Below are positions 8,513 through 18,156 of a stretch of DNA of 41,144 nt, piece by piece. Where the stretch lies: positions 1 through 41,144 of the forward strand of contig JAHQWS010000137.1 in NCBI GenBank assembly GCA_029856295.1. The letters run 5' to 3'. The position numbers and the translations under genes are program-made. Within the stretch, counting starts at the first letter, position 1. Each line of letters starts with the position of its first letter. This stretch comes from Promethearchaeia archaeon (GTDB lineage Archaea > Asgardarchaeota > Lokiarchaeia > Sigyniarchaeales > SOKP01). Below the pieces are notes generated by a model. It saw nothing but the letters and a program-made list of their open reading frames with translations. It ran no database searches and was not told where the DNA came from.

Positions 8513-11224
8513 TTATTTATGGACGGGGATGCCACCTGATTTTCTCTTCGATTTACTGGAGGTGATAATTACGATTGACGGAACTGTAATTAAGGTGATC
8601 ATTATCGGAAGGGCCGTTTGATTAGAGGGCTCGATAATTTGTCTTTCTTCTGAATTATCCTGAGATGTGCTTTCTTTTCCTAAACTATCACTATTCCCGT
8701 ATACGCTGGATGTGGTTTGGATGGTTATAGGGAGCCGAACTTTCTCTATACCGCTATCTTTTACTAGGATATCTCCGTATACTATTGGATAGTTTTCTTC
8801 TTTATTCTCTAGATAAACAACTCCTTGATAATAGCCTTTTGTGCCATCCCAGTAAAAATCAGTAAAAGTGCCTGCTTGATCGTCGCTATTAAATTGCACT
8901 GTTATAGCAGATCCGAAATAATCAAGAACAATATTGTTAATTGATACATTCATGATAATTTCCGACCCTAATTCAACTGAGGGCGGGTAGATCGCAGTAA
9001 TTTTCATATCGTCATTTTTGGCCATGTCACAAATCCATAAAAACACCTCGTCACTTAGAACTTCTCTGTCCGACGTTAGATAAAACTCATTAGATTCATC
9101 TAGATAGATCTCCCTTACTAATTGATTGGTACGCAGGTTATCAAACACAATATTCAGGTCTAAAAGCTCCGAGATTTTATAACTATAATAGATATTTTTG
9201 ATATTTGAATAGTTAATATTTTGAACAACAAAGGTTTTTATTTTACCTTTTTCGGAGTCTAAACTCCCTGAGGCTATTAGATTCATAAGATAGGCCATAT
9301 AATAGGTATTTCTCAATCTGGTATCAATCTCATCACTATACCAAGGATCGTAATATAAGGTAGCTCCATCTCCCTGTTGACCTCGGATAAGATATGCGAC
9401 TAAGGCGCCTACATTAACACCGACATCAGAAATATCCCCTAATTCGAGCCAGTCAGCAAGAATTTTCAGCGACCTAATTGCAAAGTATGCATATTCTAAA
9501 TAAATATAATTATTTTGCTGCTCATCATCCAAATGACTCTTTAACACTGTGTTTGGCAAGAACCCGCCGTAATTCGAGTATGCATCATTTAAAAACTGAG
9601 AGTCTAAAATATATTGCACTAAATCATTTAAGTCACATTCGTTTTCGAAATTATCCAAGCCTTTTATGGTTCTTAAGATGTCCAACGCATAGAACGTGGT
9701 TTTAAGCGTATATGGTAACCCGATCTCATTGTATTTTTCGTCATACAGTCCACAGTAAAATTCAATTGGTCGAGAGCGAAAATCCATATTTTTTAACGAG
9801 TTATAGGTTAGGGATTGTTGGAACATGTGTAAAGATCCCCCAAAAAAATGATCGCCATAAGAATAATGATAATTTGAGAGGATGAGGTTATAGAGGGTCT
9901 CTTTAAAGTCCTTATCATCGTAGTCATCTATCCAATAAATAGATAACGCGCTTTTCATAATTGCGTGCATAAGCCTTAATGAGGTATCATCCTTAGAAAG
10001 AAGAGAAAATCCGTTGTCATATTGTTGAAAATACTTTTTTAAAGACGTTGCGATTTGATTCTTATCATCAGAAGATAATTGAGAGATCTCCCCGGTCTCA
10101 TCTAAGCCTCTAATGACCTGAAAAGTATCTATGAGCTCATGGTATGGATAGGTTGTAGAAGATTCCCAAATACCCCACGAATTGCGATGGTTTAGAATTA
10201 AATTGATTACTCCGATACGATCTATGCTTGAGTATCCCGTTAAATCAGACAACTGAAGTCCAAGAGCAGTGCCCACAATATCACTGTAATTTTTTGGGCT
10301 CAATTTAAAACTTATTTCAAAATATGGCACGCTGCTGTCATAATGTTTCTCTAAAAATTGATGGAACCCTGAATATGATATAATGTAATTAAGCATGTCT
10401 AAGCTTTTTAAACAGTAATATGAGCTCAGAAGAGTCACATCCAAATTATCCACACTTCCAAAATTGGCGACCTCATCATTGTAAAACCCGCCGTAGAATA
10501 TACTAGTTGTTGTGGTATTTTGTAAATCTGATATAAAATTTTCAATATCTGACCATTCTTCGTTATGTTCGCTTTTATCATCTTGAAGGGCATCTAATGT
10601 AAGAATTGCATAAAATGTGTTGTCCATTGTGGAAATTTTAAATTTTGGATGTAAGCTAGGTAAGTATGGCTGTCCGATAAATCCGCTAGTGTCTGTGTTG
10701 TAGCAGTCCCAGATGAATGTACCCGCTTTTTGTTTATCGATAGCAGTCAAGTTGCCTAGGATACTAAGTGATAACAAGGCATAACAATTCACCTCTAAGA
10801 CAGTCGTTAAAGAATAATATTTATAAGAAAAATCAGTCCCTAAATATCTTTTCGCGCCGCGATCCATAAACATTCCAGAGTTCTCATCATAATGAGCCAT
10901 GATATAGTTAAACGCTTCTGTCTGGTTAATTAAATCCAACATACCGATCGCTTTGAGAATATATAAGGCATAATAGGTTGCTTGAAGCGAGCTTTCATAG
11001 GTCTGAGAAAAGTAGTTTCGAGAGTTAAATTCATCGTATCTTTCATCAAATATATCATTGATGTATTCATATGTTTCTCCTGCGGCTATATATGGTTCAT
11101 TTAACATATGATAAGCGGATTCATGCAAAGGATTATTATTACGAGCCTCATATAATGGAACCATCATACTAACTAAGATACTAAATACTACTGCTGCAAA
11201 AATACACGTTTTTAGTAGTTTCAT
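8513..11224 (-). CDS. Cell-surface protein: signal peptide, ~10-11 prenyltransferase/terpene-cyclase-like alpha-alpha toroid repeats, beta-rich domain, Ser/Thr/Glu stalk, C-terminal TM anchor
   Basis: N-terminal MKLLKTCIFAAVVFSILVSMMVPLYEA. Recurrent helix motif (ATYYALYILKAIGML, NCYALLSLSILGNL, NTFYAILTLDAL, SYYCLKSLDML, TFQVIRGLDETG, TTFYALDILRTIKGL, YAYFAIRSLKIL, NTYYMAYLMNLI). C-terminal PIMITLITVPSIVIITSS followed by KSKRKSG. Confidence 0.7.
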   Translation of the reverse strand: MKLLKTCIFAAVVFSILVSMMVPLYEARNNNPLHESAYHMLNEPYIAAGETYEYINDIFDERYDEFNSRNYFSQTYESSLQATYYALYILKAIGMLDLINQTEAFNYIMAHYDENSGMFMDRGAKRYLGTDFSYKYYSLTTVLEVNCYALLSLSILGNLTAIDKQKAGTFIWDCYNTDTSGFIGQPYLPSLHPKFKISTMDNTFYAILTLDALQDDKSEHNEEWSDIENFISDLQNTTTTSIFYGGFYNDEVANFGSVDNLDVTLLSSYYCLKSLDMLNYIISYSGFHQFLEKHYDSSVPYFEISFKLSPKNYSDIVGTALGLQLSDLTGYSSIDRIGVINLILNHRNSWGIWESSTTYPYHELIDTFQVIRGLDETGEISQLSSDDKNQIATSLKKYFQQYDNGFSLLSKDDTSLRLMHAIMKSALSIYWIDDYDDKDFKETLYNLILSNYHYSYGDHFFGGSLHMFQQSLTYNSLKNMDFRSRPIEFYCGLYDEKYNEIGLPYTLKTTFYALDILRTIKGLDNFENECDLNDLVQYILDSQFLNDAYSNYGGFLPNTVLKSHLDDEQQNNYIYLEYAYFAIRSLKILADWLELGDISDVGVNVGALVAYLIRGQQGDGATLYYDPWYSDEIDTRLRNTYYMAYLMNLIASGSLDSEKGKIKTFVVQNINYSNIKNIYYSYKISELLDLNIVFDNLRTNQLVREIYLDESNEFYLTSDREVLSDEVFLWICDMAKNDDMKITAIYPPSVELGSEIIMNVSINNIVLDYFGSAITVQFNSDDQAGTFTDFYWDGTKGYYQGVVYLENKEENYPIVYGDILVKDSGIEKVRLPITIQTTSSVYGNSDSLGKESTSQDNSEERQIIEPSNQTALPIMITLITVPSIVIITSSKSKRKSGGIPVHK

Positions 11225-11273
11225 TTTTCATTTTAAAAATTTTTCTAGTAAATTGATCTCCCTTTCAATTAGA

Positions 11274-11291
11274 TTTATATAAAGAAAAAAA
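11274..11291 (-). promoter_or_regulatory. T-run + TATA-like promoter box for the 903-aa surface protein gene
   Basis: The minus strand reads TTTTTTTCTTTATATAAA, ~50-65 nt upstream of the ATG at 11224. Confidence 0.5.
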
Positions 11292-11460
11292 TCTTTTTTG
11301 GCAGAAATTAAGCCGTACGTTCAAAACTGCTTTGTTTGATCCGATCCTCAATGGACGCAAGTTCTTTCACATTTAAAACTTGCCTGTGGAGAAAGATCTT
11401 AATAAACAAACTTAATTTGCCTTACACCTTTCGCTCTAAGATCAAATGGTTATGTTCAAT

Positions 11461-11479
11461 TTTTTTCTTTTATATATAT
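11461..11479 (+). promoter_or_regulatory. T-run + TATA-like promoter box for pcn
   Basis: TTTTTTCTTTTATATATAT, ~60 nt upstream of the ATG at 11538. Confidence 0.5.
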
Positions 11480-11537
11480 CGGACTTATCTTTGAAATAAT
11501 CTCAATTTTTTGTAAGATAAAAAAGTGAAATAAAAAC

Positions 11538-12386
11538 ATGACCGAAGTGAAAACCACCTTAAAGAAAAGGCTAAAAGAACAATTTAAGATTAAAAAAGAA
11601 AATTCGGGGTTCCTAAAGAAAATAATCGAGACTCTTTCGGCGCTTATCGAAGAGACTCAGTTTATAGTGACTCCGGAAGGGTTCCATATAAAAGCCATGG
11701 ACCCGAGTAAGGCATGTATGGTCTCACTTTTCATTGGAAAAGAGAATTTCGATGAGTTCGAGTGTAGTTTACCATGTAAATTAAGCTTGAACTTAGATAA
11801 TTTTGATAAAATCTTGAGGCGGAGCACCAATAATGATCATCTTATGCTTACCTATAATGAGGAGGAACAGAAGATTAAAGTTCAAATAATTCCAGAGGGG
11901 AGCACGTATTCGCGTACATTTAGTCTTGCCCTACTTGACATAGAATACGAGGAAATACCAGTAGAAAACCTTAGTCGCATCATATTCCATACGAAATTTT
12001 TCCTTGATATAGATTTTTTAATACAGGTGGTCAAAGACGCAGAAATCTACTCTGACACCTTTAGCATGAAGTCCATACAGGGGCAAGGGTTAGAGTTCTA
12101 TTCCATAGGATCGATAGGGGAGATGGGATATAAAATCTCTCCCGAAGATATTCCGAACTTAGACCTTGAAATTATCGAGGAGAGCTGCGATTCATTCTCC
12201 ATTGAATACCTCAAAAAAATTACAAAAATTCACAACATTGCCGAAAAAACAGATATTTCTCTACGCACGGATCATCCCTTAAAGATGGAAATCTCTCTCA
12301 TCGAGGGAGGTGAATTGTTATACTATCAGGCTCCAAGAGCTGAGAAAGATGAAATAAACGGCAGTGATGAAATTAATGATTTATAA
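11538..12386 (+). CDS. pcn: DNA polymerase sliding clamp (PCNA) with a basic ~25-aa N-terminal extension and an acidic C-terminal tail
   Basis: FLKKIIETLSALIEETQFIVTPEGFHIKAMDPSKACMVSLFIGKENFDEFEC matches the PCNA N-terminal domain pattern (L....ID.L..LVDE..F....DGI...AMD.S.VALV.L.L....F.EY). The C-terminal ..LYYQAPRAE matches ..LAPRIE. At 282 aa it is longer than the usual ~250. Confidence 0.9.
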   Translation: MTEVKTTLKKRLKEQFKIKKENSGFLKKIIETLSALIEETQFIVTPEGFHIKAMDPSKACMVSLFIGKENFDEFECSLPCKLSLNLDNFDKILRRSTNNDHLMLTYNEEEQKIKVQIIPEGSTYSRTFSLALLDIEYEEIPVENLSRIIFHTKFFLDIDFLIQVVKDAEIYSDTFSMKSIQGQGLEFYSIGSIGEMGYKISPEDIPNLDLEIIEESCDSFSIEYLKKITKIHNIAEKTDISLRTDHPLKMEISLIEGGELLYYQAPRAEKDEINGSDEINDL

Positions 12387-12389
12387 GTA

Positions 12390-12416
12390 GTACTTTTATT
12401 TTTTCTTAGTTTTTAG
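12390..12416 (+). terminator. Oligo-T tracts downstream of pcn
   Basis: gtacttttattttttcttagttttt lies immediately after the pcn stop codon. Confidence 0.4.
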
Positions 12417-12595
12417 TTAAATCTGAAATTATAAGATATAAGTAACAATAATTAAAAAGAAAAGGTATAGGGGATTGAGAAAAAAAAGAAATCTTTTGAA
12501 ATTGCCCCAAAAAGAACTAATAGGACTATTGCAAATAGGGATATCACGGATTTTTTGCTAAAAAAAAGAAAAACTGATATTTAATTATGTCAGAT

Positions 12596-15500
12596 TTATT
12601 TTTTTTTATTTTTAACACCGCATCCAGGACAATATAGAGAATTTGGCTCTATTATCGTTCCACATAACTCACAAGTCCTTACTATATTGATCTCCACGTG
12701 TTCTTTTACTTTATGATAAAAATCTGAAAAAATATTATACGTATTAACAACTTTCGCTTCTAAATCTCTGTCGTGTTCATGAAAATTATTACAATAAGTT
12801 AGATAATTATGTAACTTTTCTTGTGAAAATGGAAGTTTCTGGTTTATAGAAAGATAATTACAAAACGCTTCCAAATCTTTTTTGGTGATGGGAGTAATGA
12901 CCTCATCTATGCGATATAACTTTTGATATACATTCATGAGAAACGTTTTTATGTAGAATTTTTCAATGTTTAGTGCCGATTTTAGATCTTTAGTAGTAAT
13001 ATGCTTATAAATTTGAAATAATTCATAATATAGGTCATCTAATTCTTTGGCCAAAACTTTGTTAAGATTTTCGTCTTCAAGAACACTCTCAGGTGCAATA
13101 TTCATAGTTTCGTTCTCAATATGGATGTCTCGATCAAAGTTTTGTTCTACGACCTCAACTGAAATATCCGTCATTTGTGCTTTTTTTGTCTGAAAGTAAT
13201 CATCTACGGCTTTTTGATAGTGCTCTCCAACTTGATAAGAAGTTCGCATGGTCTCTTGACCTCCCGCATTTTTCGGATGGGACTCTACTAAATATCTCTG
13301 CGTGATAAGGATAGTAAACAGATCATTTTTCAATTTCTTCAGTTCTCTCTTATCGTGCGTGGTCATTTTGGCTTTTTCATGAATCACTTTCTTCAGCTCA
13401 TCCTTAATCTGTCTCTCAGAGATCGGAAGCTTATGCACCATCTTTAGACCATTTAATAAGTTAATAATCTCAGGAATAAATTGCGAGTACTTTCCGAAAT
13501 CTTTTTCGAAAATGGTCTTTCTGGTGTGCTCTAAAATGCGCTTTTCAGTTAAATTGAGGTCATACCCCTGCTCTTTCATGAACTCGGCAATTTCATCCAT
13601 ATTCATGGGTGACACCTGCTCTATGTCATCTACCTCAAATTCTACAGGAAATGTTTGGTTCTCGTCATCTCGTTTTACTAATATTTCAGTAGGCTTCATA
13701 CTCTTGAGGTATTCAATTTGGTAGGTATCATTTCGTGACTTGCTATAATATCCGGTTCCATGAAGCTCTTGAAGGCCCATTATATTTTTCAGCACTTTTA
13801 TATCCCGATAATCGGTGGCTTGGAAGGTGATAAAGTTTTTAAACAATTTTAAGAAATGGTGGTGCAAGTAATGCACTTGATTGGCCAGTACCACCGTTCC
13901 AAACCCTTCTCGTCGCAGGGGCTCGAAAAATTTGTCGATGATCCCAAAATCCAGTTGTTTATCTAACGATTTCTCATCAAACACCAGATCTAAGTGAGGT
14001 AAGAAGAGTACTTTTTCACAAAACGCATCAAAATTTGAAATATAATGAATGATTTTCGATAAAATGACGAACATTAAAAAGTTTTTTTTCTTCAGATCAT
14101 TGGACATGGACAGATCAACAATGACGGTTTTATCATCTGAGAGAAACGTTTGAAACGTTACCGCTTGCTCTTGCCCCGTTTGGGTGCTATGTAGAAACGT
14201 TATATCATCTTCCGTGAAATCTTCAAACATAGAAATCAATTCCTCGACATGAGGATTTTTCTTCCAGGATACTTGATTCTTGAGCTCTAACGCAAGTGAT
14301 GCCAGGTCTAAGTCTTTATGTTCTTGTATAAATTTACGCAACCTGTCAACGGAATAGCGGTCTTTTTTAAATGTGAGGGCATACGAATCATACATATAGT
14401 CCAAATAGGCAGTATTTTTCTTTTCATATAGAATATCTGAATTAAGCGGGTCGATACTAAAGGCCTTGCCCATTTTAAAATGAACGATATCGTACTGGTG
14501 TTGAGTGTCCTCAAAATATTTGATTAGCCTTGACCACTCTCCGCTATAATCAAAGATAATAGAAGGGACCCCTTGCTTGACCAACTGGATTACCATCCTC
14601 ATTGCCAATAGATCTCTCTCACGGGCAGTTCCGTTGACAATTAACACATTATCCAATTGATCTCTGGTAAGTCCGGCAGGGGCTTCTTTTTGCCAAAACT
14701 CGGTATTGATGGTATGGCCAAATGCAATAAAGTTTTCTAAACTTAAAGGAGTATTAAATTCGGCGGCCAGTCTAGTATCAATTCCTTTTTTAAACACATC
14801 CTCGATTCTGATAAGATGCATTAACACTTTACCTTGAAATAAGAGGTAATGTAAATGAGTGCCCGAAAGAGTGTATAACTTGGTCTTTAAAATCTCAGAG
14901 AGGCACCCCGAAACAAGTTTCTGTGAGCTAAGCGGAGTCACATAAAACTCGTCCAGCCGGGCAGTAAACCTATCTTCCAAAAACGCGATGTAATTTTGTG
15001 AGCGATTTGCTAATTCAATGAAATCGTGTTCTGTAATTGAATTCACGTCTTCAAACGATTTGTAGGCATAGGTAGATGCAGTCAGGATAACTTGCCATAC
15101 ACCTGAACGAGTTTTTAGCCAACCCTCTCCTTCTATATCGCTGGTAACGTATTCTTTGAGCTTACTCTGAGTGTTAGGATTTAATTTGTTATATGCTATT
15201 CTATCAAAGCGATAGAAACTTAAAGGGCTGGCCATTACGGTGTAGATAAAAGGAATTTTCCTTTCAATTAGTTCCAAGTAATATTTACCGGGGTAAAAAT
15301 CGATAATCTTAGCTGCGTTCTCATTATATTGAAATCTTACTGCCGCATGGTTGATATTAAACATTTTTTCGCAAACAAGTAGCGTATTATTTATGAGAAA
15401 AAAGAGCGCATCCGAAATTCCTCTGTATCGAAATGCTTGAATTCCTTGAAAGGGCTTTACAATGTTGAACTCTTTACTCTTCAGCAGATTATAAGCGGTC

Positions 15501-16534
15501 AAATAATAGAGCGGCGCTCTCCACCACACCCAGAGCATCACAACTAGTAAGCAAAGGTCTATAAGCACTATAATCCAAAAGGAAATGTTAAATAACAACA
15601 AAAATAATGAGGTACAATAGAGAACAAATAAACAGAAACCCGTTTTCATGGCATAGGAGCTTATACTGATGTTCGGTTTTATGACCTCCATCTGTTTTGG
15701 AACGGTATAGGGGATGTCTCGTATGACAAACGACCTGAGAGCATGGATTAATTGATTTCCAGATAATAACTGAACCTTATAATGATGAAAATCACCTACA
15801 AAATCGGCGCGCATGGAATCTACAAACCGTCCAAATACATCTTGGAGCGTCGTTAATTTTCGAGCGGTAAGTATTCCCGATGCATCATAATAGGTCGCAA
15901 AATAGATGGCCGTCTGAAAGGATCGCATCGGTTCTTCATGTTCTTGGGATAAATTCTCTTCAAACCTTCTTGATGCCGTGCTAGAAATAATGGGCTGTTG
16001 ATGGATCTGGAAGGTGTAGGGCATGGCATGTTTATTGAGCACTTTAATATATTGATTTAAGGTCGCTTTCGTAGTTTCTGGGAGACCCTCGACTTTAAAG
16101 ATACTGAGAGCCACTGTTTTTAACTGCTCTTTATTGGTAATATATAATACATTTGCCGCATCATCAGTAAAAAAAAAGGTAAAATCACTGAACATATTCA
16201 CTTTACGATACTTGCTAAATGGCGTGGAAAAACCCCCTCTCAAACCAAATATCGTGTCAGAAAAGGTAACCATAAAAAGGATCACAGTGAACACTCCCAC
16301 AAGCACTCCCAACATAGGATTAGAACTGATAAGATAGAGAGCAATCATAAAAAATATGGCAACAGCGAGTACTGAAAGCCCTTTTATATTTGCATAGAGC
16401 ACATTAATATCGGTAAATGAAGGGTTATCGTCCCATATGTCTAAATATTTACTTTTACTCGGCTTTTGTTCAGTCGCTTCTTTCTTCTTGTTGGCAAACG
16501 GGTGATCCGAATAGACTTTTTTACTTCTACTCAT
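12596..16534 (-). CDS. Giant membrane-anchored HerA/VirB4/FtsK-like (DUF87-type) protein with degenerate Walker A/B, helical tail and C-terminal zinc ribbon
   Basis: TM hairpins at about aa 52-95 and 297-345, each followed by a ~200-aa soluble module. Residues 625-920 align by eye to the HerA/DUF87 core: LIVNGTARERDLL..VPSIIFDYSGEWS (versus ..G.TGSGKS....vlIfD.hGEY), VIVDLS, VLFLPHLD (versus llvlEEAH), REGFGTVVLANQVH (versus GRKyGvgl.l.sQrPs), FQATDYRD. No G....GK[ST] occurs anywhere in the 1312 aa. The C-terminus is CELCG..x11..CPGCG. Confidence 0.75.
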   Translation of the reverse strand: MSRSKKVYSDHPFANKKKEATEQKPSKSKYLDIWDDNPSFTDINVLYANIKGLSVLAVAIFFMIALYLISSNPMLGVLVGVFTVILFMVTFSDTIFGLRGGFSTPFSKYRKVNMFSDFTFFFTDDAANVLYITNKEQLKTVALSIFKVEGLPETTKATLNQYIKVLNKHAMPYTFQIHQQPIISSTASRRFEENLSQEHEEPMRSFQTAIYFATYYDASGILTARKLTTLQDVFGRFVDSMRADFVGDFHHYKVQLLSGNQLIHALRSFVIRDIPYTVPKQMEVIKPNISISSYAMKTGFCLFVLYCTSLFLLLFNISFWIIVLIDLCLLVVMLWVWWRAPLYYLTAYNLLKSKEFNIVKPFQGIQAFRYRGISDALFFLINNTLLVCEKMFNINHAAVRFQYNENAAKIIDFYPGKYYLELIERKIPFIYTVMASPLSFYRFDRIAYNKLNPNTQSKLKEYVTSDIEGEGWLKTRSGVWQVILTASTYAYKSFEDVNSITEHDFIELANRSQNYIAFLEDRFTARLDEFYVTPLSSQKLVSGCLSEILKTKLYTLSGTHLHYLLFQGKVLMHLIRIEDVFKKGIDTRLAAEFNTPLSLENFIAFGHTINTEFWQKEAPAGLTRDQLDNVLIVNGTARERDLLAMRMVIQLVKQGVPSIIFDYSGEWSRLIKYFEDTQHQYDIVHFKMGKAFSIDPLNSDILYEKKNTAYLDYMYDSYALTFKKDRYSVDRLRKFIQEHKDLDLASLALELKNQVSWKKNPHVEELISMFEDFTEDDITFLHSTQTGQEQAVTFQTFLSDDKTVIVDLSMSNDLKKKNFLMFVILSKIIHYISNFDAFCEKVLFLPHLDLVFDEKSLDKQLDFGIIDKFFEPLRREGFGTVVLANQVHYLHHHFLKLFKNFITFQATDYRDIKVLKNIMGLQELHGTGYYSKSRNDTYQIEYLKSMKPTEILVKRDDENQTFPVEFEVDDIEQVSPMNMDEIAEFMKEQGYDLNLTEKRILEHTRKTIFEKDFGKYSQFIPEIINLLNGLKMVHKLPISERQIKDELKKVIHEKAKMTTHDKRELKKLKNDLFTILITQRYLVESHPKNAGGQETMRTSYQVGEHYQKAVDDYFQTKKAQMTDISVEVVEQNFDRDIHIENETMNIAPESVLEDENLNKVLAKELDDLYYELFQIYKHITTKDLKSALNIEKFYIKTFLMNVYQKLYRIDEVITPITKKDLEAFCNYLSINQKLPFSQEKLHNYLTYCNNFHEHDRDLEAKVVNTYNIFSDFYHKVKEHVEINIVRTCELCGTIIEPNSLYCPGCGVKNKKK

Positions 16535-16536
16535 AG

Positions 16537-17406
16537 CTACACTATCCCTCCTTTTTTAAAGTATTGTCTATAGAGCATGATAAAGAAACATCCCGTGCCA
16601 AAAAATGTTAAGGAGAATATGCTTATTAAAGCAGTGAGTTTTGGATGGTATATCGTCTGAATTGCCACCGCCAGTCCCAGTACAAAAAATAGCAGGAACA
16701 GCCCAATCATCAAATATCCAAAAATATTGGGAATTGAGCGCTGATAGATAAGATTATCTTTTAGCCGTCCCCGAAGCACAATTTTTCCACCTGCATGTTG
16801 CTGCAACGCAACTTTGGCGTTTTTAAAGGTAATCATTTTTTCGAACTTCTCTTTATCATATGCCTCATTCAATTCTTTTTGCATTTGTATCTCCTGCTCT
16901 TTAAATCCGTGAATAATGACATCTTTTAGCTTCTGATCGCTTTTTTTTCTCTTTACCTGTTCTGAAATTCCTGAAAGAAACGAGTAAACCCTCATTTCAC
17001 TATTTTGAGCGATAGCTTCCAAATCTAATTTTTCAAATAAGTTTGGAATCTCTAATTTTCTAAAATCATAATATAACTTATACACTTGAGAGATGAATTC
17101 CATAGGGATATTTCCTTTATGTTTACTAAATAAGAGTTCAGTTTTTTTGATGGATTCGATTACATCCTCTTGAAATAGAATCATTTTAAAATTATGATAT
17201 AGTATAGAGTTAAGTAAGGTCATATAATGAAAAATAGCCTCATGAGCATCTTTATCTCTTGGGCGAATCCCTAATTTCACTCCAATCTCGTCTAATACGT
17301 TTCCAACCAAAACTAAACTAAGAGCCGCTAACTTTTGGTAATTGTGGGTCTGATTACATACCTTAATTAGCGTCTTTAACTTAGGATCAATCAATTCGTA
17401 GTTCAT
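16537..17406 (-). CDS. Operon protein 3: helical cytoplasmic domain plus C-terminal TM hairpin (289 aa), unknown function
   Basis: Start overlaps the upstream stop (ATGA at 17403-17406) and the ORF ends 2 nt before the 1312-aa gene. C-terminal IFGYLMIGLFLLFFVLGLAVAI and ALISIFSLTFFGTGCFFIML are two TM helices. Confidence 0.7.
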   Translation of the reverse strand: MNYELIDPKLKTLIKVCNQTHNYQKLAALSLVLVGNVLDEIGVKLGIRPRDKDAHEAIFHYMTLLNSILYHNFKMILFQEDVIESIKKTELLFSKHKGNIPMEFISQVYKLYYDFRKLEIPNLFEKLDLEAIAQNSEMRVYSFLSGISEQVKRKKSDQKLKDVIIHGFKEQEIQMQKELNEAYDKEKFEKMITFKNAKVALQQHAGGKIVLRGRLKDNLIYQRSIPNIFGYLMIGLFLLFFVLGLAVAIQTIYHPKLTALISIFSLTFFGTGCFFIMLYRQYFKKGGIV

Positions 17407-18149
17407 GAACCCGTCCTCTTTTTTATTGGTTGTGGGTGAAAGATCTCCAGCTCTTCGAGAACATCAAAAGAGTCGTCGCCGAATTTAAGTTTTAATTGCT
17501 CATTGGCAATTAATTTATCCATATCAACTGGGTCTTGTATGTCTTTCACATATTGTGCTACCGCATTTTTTGCAGAATGTTCCTGAGATTGAAAACCAGT
17601 GACCGTATAATAATAAAACAGTGCATAAGGAAACACAAAAATAAAGCCAAATATTTGAAGGCAGTATCCAGGACCTATAGAATATTGATACACCATATCC
17701 GCATCTTTATCTTTGACATGCAAAAAAGGGAAATAGAGATCATTGGGGACTAAATAAAATACGGGAAAAGCAAAAATATAAAACAACATGAGCATAAGCA
17801 GAAAAATATTAGCATAGGCATTTATCGTTAATTTTTCGAGCTCCTCGTATTGTTCCACGTCCCGAAAGATGACGGTATATGCTGAAACTGCAAGCATTAT
17901 AATATATATAATAGTCAAAGTTATCGGAATGTGAAAGGTGCTAGGCTTGAGGGTATTATTGACGGTTGAGTTCTCAGAAAACACCGTCGTCCATCCTGTA
18001 ATAGGGTTATAACTCCAATATGATTTTAAGCTTAGATGGGAATCGTACACTTGATAGATATACCACTCTAAAAATAAAGACACAAACGACAAAAGAAGCC
18101 CCAGCACATAAAGAATTCGAAACTGTTTACGAGTGTTAGCTATCATCAT
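17403..18149 (-). CDS. Operon protein 2: 4-TM membrane protein (248 aa) with an acidic C-terminal tail, unknown function
   Basis: Four long hydrophobic segments rich in aromatic residues. Begins 7 nt downstream of the stop of the 595-aa gene. Confidence 0.7.
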   Translation of the reverse strand: MMIANTRKQFRILYVLGLLLSFVSLFLEWYIYQVYDSHLSLKSYWSYNPITGWTTVFSENSTVNNTLKPSTFHIPITLTIIYIIMLAVSAYTVIFRDVEQYEELEKLTINAYANIFLLMLMLFYIFAFPVFYLVPNDLYFPFLHVKDKDADMVYQYSIGPGYCLQIFGFIFVFPYALFYYYTVTGFQSQEHSAKNAVAQYVKDIQDPVDMDKLIANEQLKLKFGDDSFDVLEELEIFHPQPIKKRTGS

Positions 18150-18156
18150 TTTTCAA

